Origin: an uncultured Alphaproteobacteria bacterium
GTDB lineage: Bacteria > Pseudomonadota > Alphaproteobacteria > Sphingomonadales > Sphingomonadaceae
Direction of reading: 5' to 3'
NCBI GenBank assembly: GCA_963799985.1
Contig: CAWCZC010000005.1
Span: 448,977 to 512,976 of the forward strand
DNA: 64,000 nt
This document shows, in pieces, positions 11,085 to 22,349 of the stretch. The notes beneath the pieces were generated by a model. It saw only the letters and a program-made list of their open reading frames with translations, was not told the origin of the DNA and made no database searches. Position 1 is the first letter of the stretch. Every line of letters starts with the position of its first letter. Position numbers and translations under genes: made by a program.

Positions 11085-11471
11085 ATGCTCGACCATATCG
11101 GCATCGCCGCGACCGACTATCCCGCCTCGCGCGCCTTCTACGAGGCCGCGCTGGCGCCGCTGGGCATCGGCACGGTGATGGAACTTACCGCCGAGCAGAC
11201 CGGCGGCTATGCCGGGATCGGCATGGGAAAGGACGACAAGCCCTTCTTCTGGGTCGGCAGCGGTGGACCCAAGGGCGCGGGGATGCACGTCGCCTTCGCC
11301 GCCGCGACTCGCGCCGAGGTCGATGCCTTCTATGCCGCGGCGATGGGCGCGGGCGGCAAGGACAGTGGCGGGCCGGGGCTCAGGCCCTGGTATCACCCGA
11401 ACTACTATGGCGCGTTCGTGCTCGATCCGGACGGGATCAACGTCGAGGCGGTGTGCCATCGGGCGGAGTGA
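11085..11471 (+). CDS. VOC/glyoxalase family protein
   Basis: MLDHIGI, HVAF, YHPNYYGAFVLDPDGINVEAV; AGGAGG RBS. Confidence 0.9.
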   Translation: MLDHIGIAATDYPASRAFYEAALAPLGIGTVMELTAEQTGGYAGIGMGKDDKPFFWVGSGGPKGAGMHVAFAAATRAEVDAFYAAAMGAGGKDSGGPGLRPWYHPNYYGAFVLDPDGINVEAVCHRAE

Positions 11472-11588
11472 AGGGTGGGCGGGCCGCAACTCATCGCCGC
11501 AATGTCGCCTTCTGGTGGATTTGCGACTGTCAGCTTTTGGCGAAAGGATCGCGATAACTGCCGTTGCAGGGCGTAATCAATTCGATGG

Positions 11589-12198
11589 TCATCGAGTGAA
11601 TGTCCGAGATTGTTGGGATGGGCCGGGACAAGGTACTACCGCGCCCGGATCGAACGCCAAACTCGACGAGCGCATGATGCGGATCGCAGTGTCGTTGCGC
11701 TCGGTGTCTGCACGCAGGCAATAACCGCTGGACGGCATATCCTCAGCGTCAGCGAAAATAACTTTATATTCCCGGGGGTCGATACAGAAATCGCCGAAAT
11801 AGTCACGGAGCTGGATATGGCTGCACGCGTTCTTACCGTGGGTTTTGTAAGCGCGAGCGATAGCGAAATCTTCAACTCTGCGCCCGAGGTGGGGTCCGGA
11901 GAAGTCGATAAGCTGGAAGGCCTCGCCTACCAAAGTCATTCCCATGAGCGTTCCCGTGATAAGTCCGACGAAGAAAAAGGCTATTTGCGGTCACCGTCGT
12001 CGACGAGCGTGATGCCGGTTTGACAATCGCAATCAGCAATGAAAACCCGGCTCCGGTGGCTACTCCCAAACAAAGGGCACTCGTAATAACAACGTCACTA
12101 CGATCAGGGTATAACTCAGTCGTATTTCCAAAAATCCATAGCAGTGGAATAGCCACGATCATCGCGAAAATTAGCACAATGATAAGGTTGCGCTGCAT
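11589..12198 (-). CDS. Low-GC hypothetical membrane protein (frameshift near 11990)
   Basis: ORFs 11872..12234 and 11589..11945 join into one protein with three hydrophobic helices (...QIAFFFVGLITGTLMGMTLVGE...) and a Cys-containing soluble tail. Confidence 0.55.
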
Positions 12199-12370
12199 GA
12201 AACTGCGGCGGTCGGCCTCGACTTCGCTCAGCACCTAGGCGTTACTCCTCGATGACAGCTTATGGCTTGGGTCGACGCACCGCGAAACGACTAAGTTTGG
12301 GGGAGTGCGGACAGGGCGAGCCGGTTGCGGCCGCGGAGAGGTATTCGGCGAACGCAAGTGACGAAGGCAC

Positions 12371-12711
12371 TTACCCCGCCACCGGCAGTTTGATGCTCCC
12401 GTCAGGCTCATATTCGAGCGGGCCGTAGGAGATCACCGCGGCGAGCGGGAGGGGGCCGTGGATGTGGGGGAACAGCGCACCGCCGCGCGAGGGCTCCCAC
12501 CGCACGGTCTCGTCGAGCGCTTCGAGGTCGACCGCGGCGAGCCACAGGCCTTCCTGACCGGCGAAATGCTTCGCCAGCGTCTCGCCGAGCTGGTCGGCGG
12601 TGGAGAGGTGGATGAAGCCGTCGGCGAGATCGACCGGCGCGCCCGCGAACGAGCCGGCCTCTAGCGCGTCGATCTGGTCTGCGGTGAGGATTTTGTAGGC
12701 GGTCGTCTCGT

Positions 12712-12715
<4 letters not shown>
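12371..12715 (-). CDS. DUF952 family protein
   Basis: AYKILT, DLADGFIHLST, WEPSRGGALFPHIHG. Confidence 0.92.
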
Positions 12716-15450
<2,735 letters not shown>

Positions 15451-15563
15451 GTTTCGATGCTTTCCGGAGTTTGTTTCAATTCCGGGACCGCTCTAGCCGC
15501 CCGCCGTCCTGCTGCCAACCCTCGCGTGCGCGCGCATACGCGCACGCGAGGTCTCGGCGAGCC

Positions 15564-16196
15564 TCAGCTATTGGCGCTTTTCTCACAGGCGAGGCCGATC
15601 GAGTATACATTGCCGATTTCGAGCGAGGCCGCGTACTGCCGGTCAAAGAGCGAGTATATCTTCTGCGGACTGTCGAAGCCCCGTGTCGCCAATTCTCCCT
15701 GGTCGTGCCGCTCTCCGATGATCGCACTGACGCGTTTCCATCTTGGATATTCGCTCAAATCGATCCCGCTCGTTTTCAGGTGTTCGGCGAAATTGACGAC
15801 CGGCTGCAACGTGATCGGGCAGAATATATCCTGCTCGAACGCGTCACCCGGCAGGGCGACGTTGGTCTTTCGAGCAACCGGGAAGCGCGTATCGCATTCG
15901 CGGACAAGGGCCTCGGCGTTTCCACGCTCGGGGCGAACCATGGAAACCAGTTCCCGTGCGCGTTGATCGAGGCGCGGTGCGAGCGCTCTAGGGGTGATTC
16001 CTTGCCAATGCACGTCCGCCGCCGCCGCCGTCATGAGGTAATATTCGACCTCCGCATAAGCTCTCATCCGCGGAACGTTTGCATCGTCGTTGACGACCGC
16101 GACCGCACTGGCACAGGCCATCGCCGCCTTCGATGTGTCGGCGTCCAGCGCCGGGGTCGCGGCTTGCGCGGCCAGCGCGAGTAAGGTCGGCATCAT
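15564..16196 (-). CDS. Hypothetical exported protein
   Basis: Signal-like N-terminus, four Cys, GGGGGA RBS-like sequence, fills the intergenic gap. Confidence 0.6.
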   Translation of the reverse strand: MMPTLLALAAQAATPALDADTSKAAMACASAVAVVNDDANVPRMRAYAEVEYYLMTAAAADVHWQGITPRALAPRLDQRARELVSMVRPERGNAEALVRECDTRFPVARKTNVALPGDAFEQDIFCPITLQPVVNFAEHLKTSGIDLSEYPRWKRVSAIIGERHDQGELATRGFDSPQKIYSLFDRQYAASLEIGNVYSIGLACEKSANS

Positions 16197-16397
16197 GGTC
16201 GATTTCCCCCGCTTCTTATCATCCTAGACGAGGTTGCGCTCTTGGAGCAACTCGCGGATCGTTGCGTTCGATCGCGGCTAACAGACACACCGCCATCGGC
16301 GCGGGCTCAAGCAGGCGCTTGTCTGGCGCGGTGGCCCCCGGTAGAGCGTGCCCGTTTCGCCGAGCCGCGGGGCGGCCCACGAGGAGAGTTGTTGGTC

Positions 16398-17688
16398 ATG
16401 AAGAAGGTTTCGAAGCTCGCGCTGGCGGCCGTGCTGTCGCTTGGCGCCGTCTCGATGGGCGCCGTCCCCGCCGTCGCGCAGAAAGCTGACAAGAAGGGTA
16501 AGGACCAAGTTCAAGTTCCCGCGCCGCAGGTCAGCGACGAATTCCGCAAGGCCGCGACCGACGCTCAGCTCGCGATCAACGCCAAGGACCCGAAGGCCGA
16601 GGGGCTGCTGACCGCCGCCGAGGCGCTGGTCAAGACGAGCGACGAGAAATATTACGGAGCGAAGCTGCGACTTACCTTCGAGCTGGGCAAGATCCAGGCC
16701 GATCCCAACCATTCGTTTCAAGACATCATCGCGCCACTTAACGAATTGCTGAGCAACCCCAAGACCACCCCCGCCGAACTTCCCGAAATAAACTATCTGC
16801 GCGGACTGGCCGCGTTCAACACCAAGCACCGCCCCGAACTCGGTGCCCTATTTCCTCAAGGCCCGCGAGCTGGGCGCCAAGCACGACGACATCACACAGA
16901 TGGTCGCGCAGGGCTATTTCGACGGCGGCAAGATCGACGAAGGCATCGCCGAGATCAGCCGCCTGATCGATGAGGAAAAGGCCGCGGGCCGGGCGCCGCT
17001 CGAATCCTGGTATTCCTATGTGATCGCCCGGCTTAACCAGCGCGGCGATCGGGCGGGTATCGCGAACTGGATGATGCGCGAGGTCCGCGACCTTCCGACG
17101 CTCGCCAACTGGCGCAAGGTGATCGTGACCTACCGCAACAGCCTCGATACGCAGCACCAGCCGCTCTCGCGCGACCAGAAGATCGACCTGTACCGCCTGA
17201 TGCGCGGCACCGGGGCGCTGGTCGATCTCAACGACTATGTCGAGTACGCCCAGGAAGCGATCAACGGCGGGCTGCCGTGGGAAGCGCTGACGGTGCTCGA
17301 CGCGGGCCGTAAGGCGGGCAAGATCCCGGCGGGCGACCCCGATGCGGGCGGGCTCACGAGCTCGGCCAACAACGGCGTCCGCAATGAAGGCTCCCTCGAA
17401 ACGCTCGCCAAGCAGGCGGCGACGGACAGGGACGGCAAGGGCCTTGCCGCCACCGCCGACGCCTTTTTCGCATCCGGCGACTATGCCCGCGCGATCCAGC
17501 TCTACGACGCGGCTCTGCCGAAGGGCGGGGTCGACGCCGACACGATCAACCTGCGCCGCGGCGCGGCGATGGTATTCGGCGGCCAGAAGGATCAGGCGCG
17601 CGTCGCCTTCGCGCTGGTCAAGGCCGGCCCGAACGGCGACATCGCCCGCTTCTGGCTGGCGTGGATGGATCTGCCGCCGCTCAGCTGA
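16398..17688 (+). CDS. Exported TPR-like helical protein (indel near 16835)
   Basis: Signal peptide MKKVSKLALAAVL...AVA; TPR-like helices; GAGGAG RBS; continues in ORF 16843..17688. Confidence 0.8.
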
Positions 17689-17707
17689 GCCCGCGCGAAA
17701 CCGGAAT

Positions 17708-17733
17708 GGGGGCGGGGCTTCCCGCCCCTTTTT
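17708..17733 (+). terminator. Rho-independent terminator
   Basis: GGGGCGGG-GCTT-CCCGCCCC-TTTTT. Confidence 0.85.
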
Positions 17734-18200
17734 CATGTCCGGTCGACGGGAACCCCGGGGAGCGCCTTCGACGTGCGGATCGTGAGCGACGTCTTGACGT
17801 GCTCGACGTTGGGCGCGGGCGTCAATCGCGTCGTCAAAAGCTTTTGAAAGCTCTGAAGATCGGTTGCCACGATCTTGAGAATGAAGTCGATTTCGCCGTT
17901 CAGCATATGACATTCGCGGACTTCTGGGATCGCCGCGACGTGCTCCTCAAAAGCGAGCAGATCGCTCTCGGCCTGGCTGCGCAAGCTGACCATCGCGAAC
18001 ACGGTGAGGTTGTAGCCGAGTTGCTCCGAATCGAGCGCCGCGTGATAGCCGCGGATCGCGCCTTGCTGCTCGAGCGCACGCACGCGTCGCAGGCACGGCG
18101 GCGCGGTGAGGCCCACGCGCTCGGCGAGTTCGACGTTGGTCATGCGGCCATCTTCCTGCAACAGTTTCAGGATACGCATGTCGATCTCGTCGAATCGCAT
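17733..18200 (-). CDS. Lrp/AsnC family transcriptional regulator
   Basis: DEIDMRILKLLQEDGRMTNVELAERVGLTAPPCLRRVRALE; ECHMLNGEIDFILK. Confidence 0.95.
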   Translation of the reverse strand: MRFDEIDMRILKLLQEDGRMTNVELAERVGLTAPPCLRRVRALEQQGAIRGYHAALDSEQLGYNLTVFAMVSLRSQAESDLLAFEEHVAAIPEVRECHMLNGEIDFILKIVATDLQSFQKLLTTRLTPAPNVEHVKTSLTIRTSKALPGVPVDRT

Positions 18201-18352
18201 CGTTCGATCACCTCCCTGTTGCATGGGCCCGTGGCCGGCCTGATGCATTTGTGCCTGCCGCCAGCGGTAATCATAAGATTGTTACACGGCAACGCAATTG
18301 TCCCACAATGCGACGTGCCGAAATCGGCTGTTCCGCCTGCTGCGCCAACGAG

Positions 18353-18367
18353 TTAATGATTCGTTAC
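18353..18367 (+). promoter_or_regulatory. Candidate CtrA box
   Basis: TTAA-TGATTCG-TTAC, one mismatch to TTAA-N7-TTAA, about 40 bp upstream of the kinase gene. Confidence 0.55.
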
Positions 18368-18404
18368 GACGCGCTTTCGGGCGTCGGCCAAGGGTGACCC
18401 GCGG

Positions 18405-20522
18405 GTGCGTTTCGACGATACATTGGAGACGGTGCTGGCAGCCGATCTCGGCACGCCGTTCGGCATCCAGTCGGCGTGGCGGCAGATCGTCGATCTGATG
18501 GGGCGCCGCCGGGTTCCCGCCGATGCCCGCGCTCTCCGCATCCTCCGCGCGATTCGCGACGACGTGCCGCTGTCGGTGCGCGCCGCGAGCGCGCGCGGCC
18601 TCGAATTCGCCGATCCGCCGCCGCCACTTGTCCGCCTGTTCGCGGTCGACGAGTTGGCCGTGGCGCTGCCGGTGCTCCGAAGCGCGCGGATGCCCTCAGC
18701 CGAATGGGTCCAGCTGCTTCCCGACCTCGCCCCCGCGGGGCGCGCGGTGCTGCGCAACCGGCGCGATCTGAGCCCGGTGGTGCGGCGCGCGCTCGAGGCG
18801 TTCGGCCCGATTGACTTCGTGCTTCCGGACGAGTCGCCGAAGGTGGCGGAAGTGGCGGCGCCGATTTCAGTGCTCGACGCGCCGCCGATGCTGGCGGTCG
18901 AGGCGCCGATCGTCGACGCGTCCATCGTCGAAGCGCCCGCCGTGCGGGCCATCTCGGAGCCAGTCGCGGAAACGGCGGTCGCCGTGATCGAACCGGCCAG
19001 CGCGCTGCCGCCCGAGCAACTCGTCGATTGGACGCATGTACTCGAATCGCCAGCCGCGCGGCCCGAGCCGGCCACGGCCTCCGCCGCCGCCATGCTCGCA
19101 GCATCGCCGGAAGTCCCGGCGCCCGCTCCAGCCGTCGAACCCGCCAATCCCGAGCCGATAATCGAAACCGTTTTGGAGGATCTTTCCTTCATTGCGCTGG
19201 CAGGATCCGCCGCTTCGCTCACGAATGCGACGAGCTTCATGCACGCGCCGGTCCAATCCGGGACAGTCGAGGCAAGTGCCCCGTTGCGGCCGATTGCGGA
19301 GCGCGAGCGACCGGCTCAGGTAAATCTCATGGAACAAGGGGATACCGGTTTCGCCACGCGGCCAGAGGCAGCCGAACCGCTGCCCGAGCTGGGCGATGGC
19401 GCGGCGGACGGTACCTTCCCCATCTCCGAGGTCGTGGCGCGGATCGACGCCTTCTGGCGTAACCGCGAGGAGGCGAGCGAGGCTCCGTTCCGCGCGCCGA
19501 CCCCCGCCGAGCATTTCCGCTTCGAGACCGACGCAATGGGCGCAATCCGTTGGGTCGAGGGTGCCTCGCGCGCGCCGATCGTCGGGCTTTCGCTCGATTT
19601 GCAGGGCGCGGCCCCGGGCGGCGGGCAGATCGACGGAATCGCCGCCGGAGCATTCCGCCGCCGCGCGGGCTTCTCGAACGCGCGCCTGCAGATCGACGGT
19701 GAATCGGACGCGGCAGGGGCCTGGCTGATCTCGGCAATCCCGGTGTTCGATCCCGCCAACGGCCGCTTCACCGGCTATCGCGGCACCGCGCGGCGCCCGC
19801 GCGTCGACGAGCGCGCCGAGCCCGCGCGGCCCGCACCCAATGTCTCGCCGGATTCGCTTCGCCAGCTCGTCCACGAACTTCGCAACCCGATCGGCGCCAT
19901 CGACGGCTTCGCCGAGATGATCGAGACTCAGATGCTCGGTCCCGTCGCCGATCCCTATCGCGACCGCGCGCAGGTGATTCGCGCTCAGGCCAAGGACCTG
20001 CTCGGCGCAATCGACGATCTCGATCTCGCCGCGCGGATCGACAGCGCGGCGCTATCGCTGATGCCGGGCCGGGTGCCGCTGCGCCCGGTACTCGCGGGGA
20101 TCGCCGACGATCTCGCACAGCTCGCTGCGCTGCGCGGCTCGGCGATCGCGTTGCCGGTCGACGATCTGGCGGTCACCGGCGACCGGCGCGCGGTCGAGCG
20201 GCTGCTCGCGCGGCTGATGGCCACCCTGGTCTCTGCAAGCTGCGCCGGCGAGCGGATCGGCGTGCGGATGGCACGCGACGGCGATAAGGTGACGATCGCG
20301 ATCGACCGCCCGGCGGCGCTGGCCGACTATCCGGGCGAATCGGTGCTCGGCATCGACGACGAGGGCGGCGATTCGACGCTGCTCGGCACCGGCTTCGCGC
20401 TTCGCCTTGCGCGCAACCTCGCGCGCGAGCTGGGCGGGGGCCTCGTAATCGAGCCCGAGAGCTTGACTTTGCGGCTTCCGGCATCCTTGGATCAACAGGT
20501 GGGCCAGGCGCATCTGAGCTGA
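18405..20522 (+). CDS. Cytoplasmic HisKA protein (PleC/DivJ-like H-box) with degenerate HATPase domain
   Basis: HELRNPIGAIDGFAEMI; PAS-like FETDAMG...FTGYRG; no recognisable N or G1 box. Confidence 0.8.
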   Translation: MRFDDTLETVLAADLGTPFGIQSAWRQIVDLMGRRRVPADARALRILRAIRDDVPLSVRAASARGLEFADPPPPLVRLFAVDELAVALPVLRSARMPSAEWVQLLPDLAPAGRAVLRNRRDLSPVVRRALEAFGPIDFVLPDESPKVAEVAAPISVLDAPPMLAVEAPIVDASIVEAPAVRAISEPVAETAVAVIEPASALPPEQLVDWTHVLESPAARPEPATASAAAMLAASPEVPAPAPAVEPANPEPIIETVLEDLSFIALAGSAASLTNATSFMHAPVQSGTVEASAPLRPIAERERPAQVNLMEQGDTGFATRPEAAEPLPELGDGAADGTFPISEVVARIDAFWRNREEASEAPFRAPTPAEHFRFETDAMGAIRWVEGASRAPIVGLSLDLQGAAPGGGQIDGIAAGAFRRRAGFSNARLQIDGESDAAGAWLISAIPVFDPANGRFTGYRGTARRPRVDERAEPARPAPNVSPDSLRQLVHELRNPIGAIDGFAEMIETQMLGPVADPYRDRAQVIRAQAKDLLGAIDDLDLAARIDSAALSLMPGRVPLRPVLAGIADDLAQLAALRGSAIALPVDDLAVTGDRRAVERLLARLMATLVSASCAGERIGVRMARDGDKVTIAIDRPAALADYPGESVLGIDDEGGDSTLLGTGFALRLARNLARELGGGLVIEPESLTLRLPASLDQQVGQAHLS

Positions 20523-20524
20523 TC

Positions 20525-21586
20525 GTGGAGGGAGGCCGCAGCGCGTATCGCGTGCCGCCGCCGGAGCAGCGTGCGCTCGTCGCTTGGCCCGCGGATTTCG
20601 GCAGCCGCTTCACCGTCTTCGTCGATACCGAGGAGGAGTTCGAGTGGCGCGCGCCGTTCAGCCGCGACGCGCATTCGACCCGCGCGATCGCCGCTCTGCC
20701 GACGGCACACCGCCGCTTCGCCGATCGGGAAGTGCCGCTGACCTATCTGGTCGATTATCCGGTCGCGACCGCGCTGGAAGCGGTGGAGGTGCTGCGTGGT
20801 CTGATCGCGGACGGGAGATCGGCGATCGGCGCGCAGCTTCATCCCTGGGTCAATCCACCGTTCGATGAGGAATTGAACGGATACAACAGCTTCTGCGGGA
20901 ATCTGCCGAAATCGTTGGAGGCGGCCAAGCTGGCCACGCTGACCGAGATGATCGCTGGGAGCTTCGGGCAGCGGCCGCTCGCGTTCCGGGCCGGACGCTA
21001 CGGGATCGGGCCGGAGACGCTCGGGCTGCTGAGGGCGCAGGGATACCGTGTCGATACCTCGATCCGGGCATTCTATGACTATGGCGCGGAGGGCGGCCCC
21101 GATTTCCGTGGTGTGGGCGACGCCGCGTTCCGCACGGGCCCCGACGGCGCGATCCTCGAGCTGCCGTTCTCGACCGTGTTCACCGGCCGGATGCGCGGGC
21201 GCGGGGAACCGCTCTACCGCGCGCTCGGGCGGATCCCGCGCGCGCGGGGCGTGGCGGCGCGGCTCGGGCTGCTTTCGCGGGTGTCGCTCACGCCCGAGGA
21301 CATGCCGCTCGGCGATGCGATCGAGGCGATCCGAGTCGCAGCGGGCGAGGGACAGCGGCTGCTCAATCTCGCCTTCCACTCGCCGTCGCTCGAGCCGGGG
21401 CACACACCCTACGTCCGCGACGCGGCCGATCTGGCGGCGTTCTGGCGCTGGTGGGATGCGGTGCTCGACCTGCTCGACCGGTCCGGCATCCGCCCCGCCG
21501 CGCTGGGCGCGGTGATCGCCGCGGCCGACGCCGCTTGCGGGGCAGGCGCGGCTTCCGCTACTGCGACGGCCGCTGGGGGCCTGTAG
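20525..21586 (+). CDS. WalW-like polysaccharide deacetylase family protein
   Basis: VDTEEEFEW, IGAQLHPWVNPP, FRAGRYG, FHSPSLEPGHTPY. The stop codon lies inside the tRNA 5' end. Confidence 0.85.
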   Translation: MEGGRSAYRVPPPEQRALVAWPADFGSRFTVFVDTEEEFEWRAPFSRDAHSTRAIAALPTAHRRFADREVPLTYLVDYPVATALEAVEVLRGLIADGRSAIGAQLHPWVNPPFDEELNGYNSFCGNLPKSLEAAKLATLTEMIAGSFGQRPLAFRAGRYGIGPETLGLLRAQGYRVDTSIRAFYDYGAEGGPDFRGVGDAAFRTGPDGAILELPFSTVFTGRMRGRGEPLYRALGRIPRARGVAARLGLLSRVSLTPEDMPLGDAIEAIRVAAGEGQRLLNLAFHSPSLEPGHTPYVRDAADLAAFWRWWDAVLDLLDRSGIRPAALGAVIAAADAACGAGAASATATAAGGL

Positions 21587-21653
21587 CTCAACTGGTTAGA
21601 GCTGGCCGCTCATAACGGCTAGGTTGCGGGTTCAAGTCCTGCCGGGCCCACCA
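21577..21653 (+). tRNA. tRNA-Ile2 (CAT anticodon, lysidine type); elongator Met less likely
   Basis: GGGCCTG/CGGGCCC acceptor stem, GCCG-CTCATAA-CGGC anticodon arm, GGTTCAAGTCC T loop, ACCA end. Confidence 0.9.
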
Positions 21654-22275
21654 GCCGCCCCTCCGGGGCGGCTGAGCCCCCCAAAAGCGTGAAAGGTAAA
21701 GAGGTTACGGCGGTTCTAAAGCCACCATTTCGCGCATATTGAAGGCGGTCGGCAAAGGCCAATTTCATGACCAATCGGCGCAGATCAAAACGTCCAGAAA
21801 GCCAGAGTTTCTGCGGGTTTGCGAGGAAGTCGAGGGCGGTTCTAAAGCCGGTCGTGAAGTCGCCGCGTGGCTTAACAGTATTCTCCATGCGCTCACGTAA
21901 CGCGACCTTGCGGCGCTCAAGCTCGCCGATGCGTTCCTCGTAGGCAGCAATCACCACAGGCAGTTTCGCTTCCACAATGCGATCTACAAGCTGCGCGACA
22001 TCGCGGTCGATCCCGGCAAGCTCTGCCCTGATCGTGGCGGCTTCCTCTTTCGCCCGCGCAGCGCAGCGATCCCATGCCCTGCGGAACGAGTCCCGCGCGT
22101 ACGCAAAGAGCGAGTGGCTTGGGCGCAGCGTGTCGAGTAGTTCGGCGAACTCCCGCTCCATCTAATCGCGGCGGATCGACTTGCCGTACTCGCCGCAGTC
22201 TTTGGTCACGCAAAGATAGTACGGGTAGCTCCGGGTGCGACCCTTGGACCAGCAGCCATAGAGCGCCTTGCCGCA
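21619..22275 (-). pseudogene. Large serine recombinase, C-terminal half only (zinc ribbon plus coiled coil); in-frame TAG at 22162-22164
   Basis: CGKALYGCWSKGRTRSYPYYLCVTKDC...SIRRD*MEREF...coiled coil...GFRTA. Catalytic domain absent; reads into the tRNA antisense. Confidence 0.85.
21648..21655 (+). repeat. Left att core CCACCAGC
   Basis: Overlaps the tRNA ACCA end; repeated at 27487-27494; 16/20 identity over the 20 nt ending at each copy. Confidence 0.75.
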
Positions 22276-22349
22276 TGATGTATCCTCCCCGGTAGCTCGA
22301 AACCTTTGCCAAAAAGCTGGGCGCGAGACGAAGGCCGATTGTTCCAGTA

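Noticed and set aside
22162-22164. In-frame TAG codons (here and at 338-340) as recoding or readthrough
   Set aside because: Both genes are also truncated and no pyl machinery or suppressor tRNA is seen; simple nonsense lesions are more likely.
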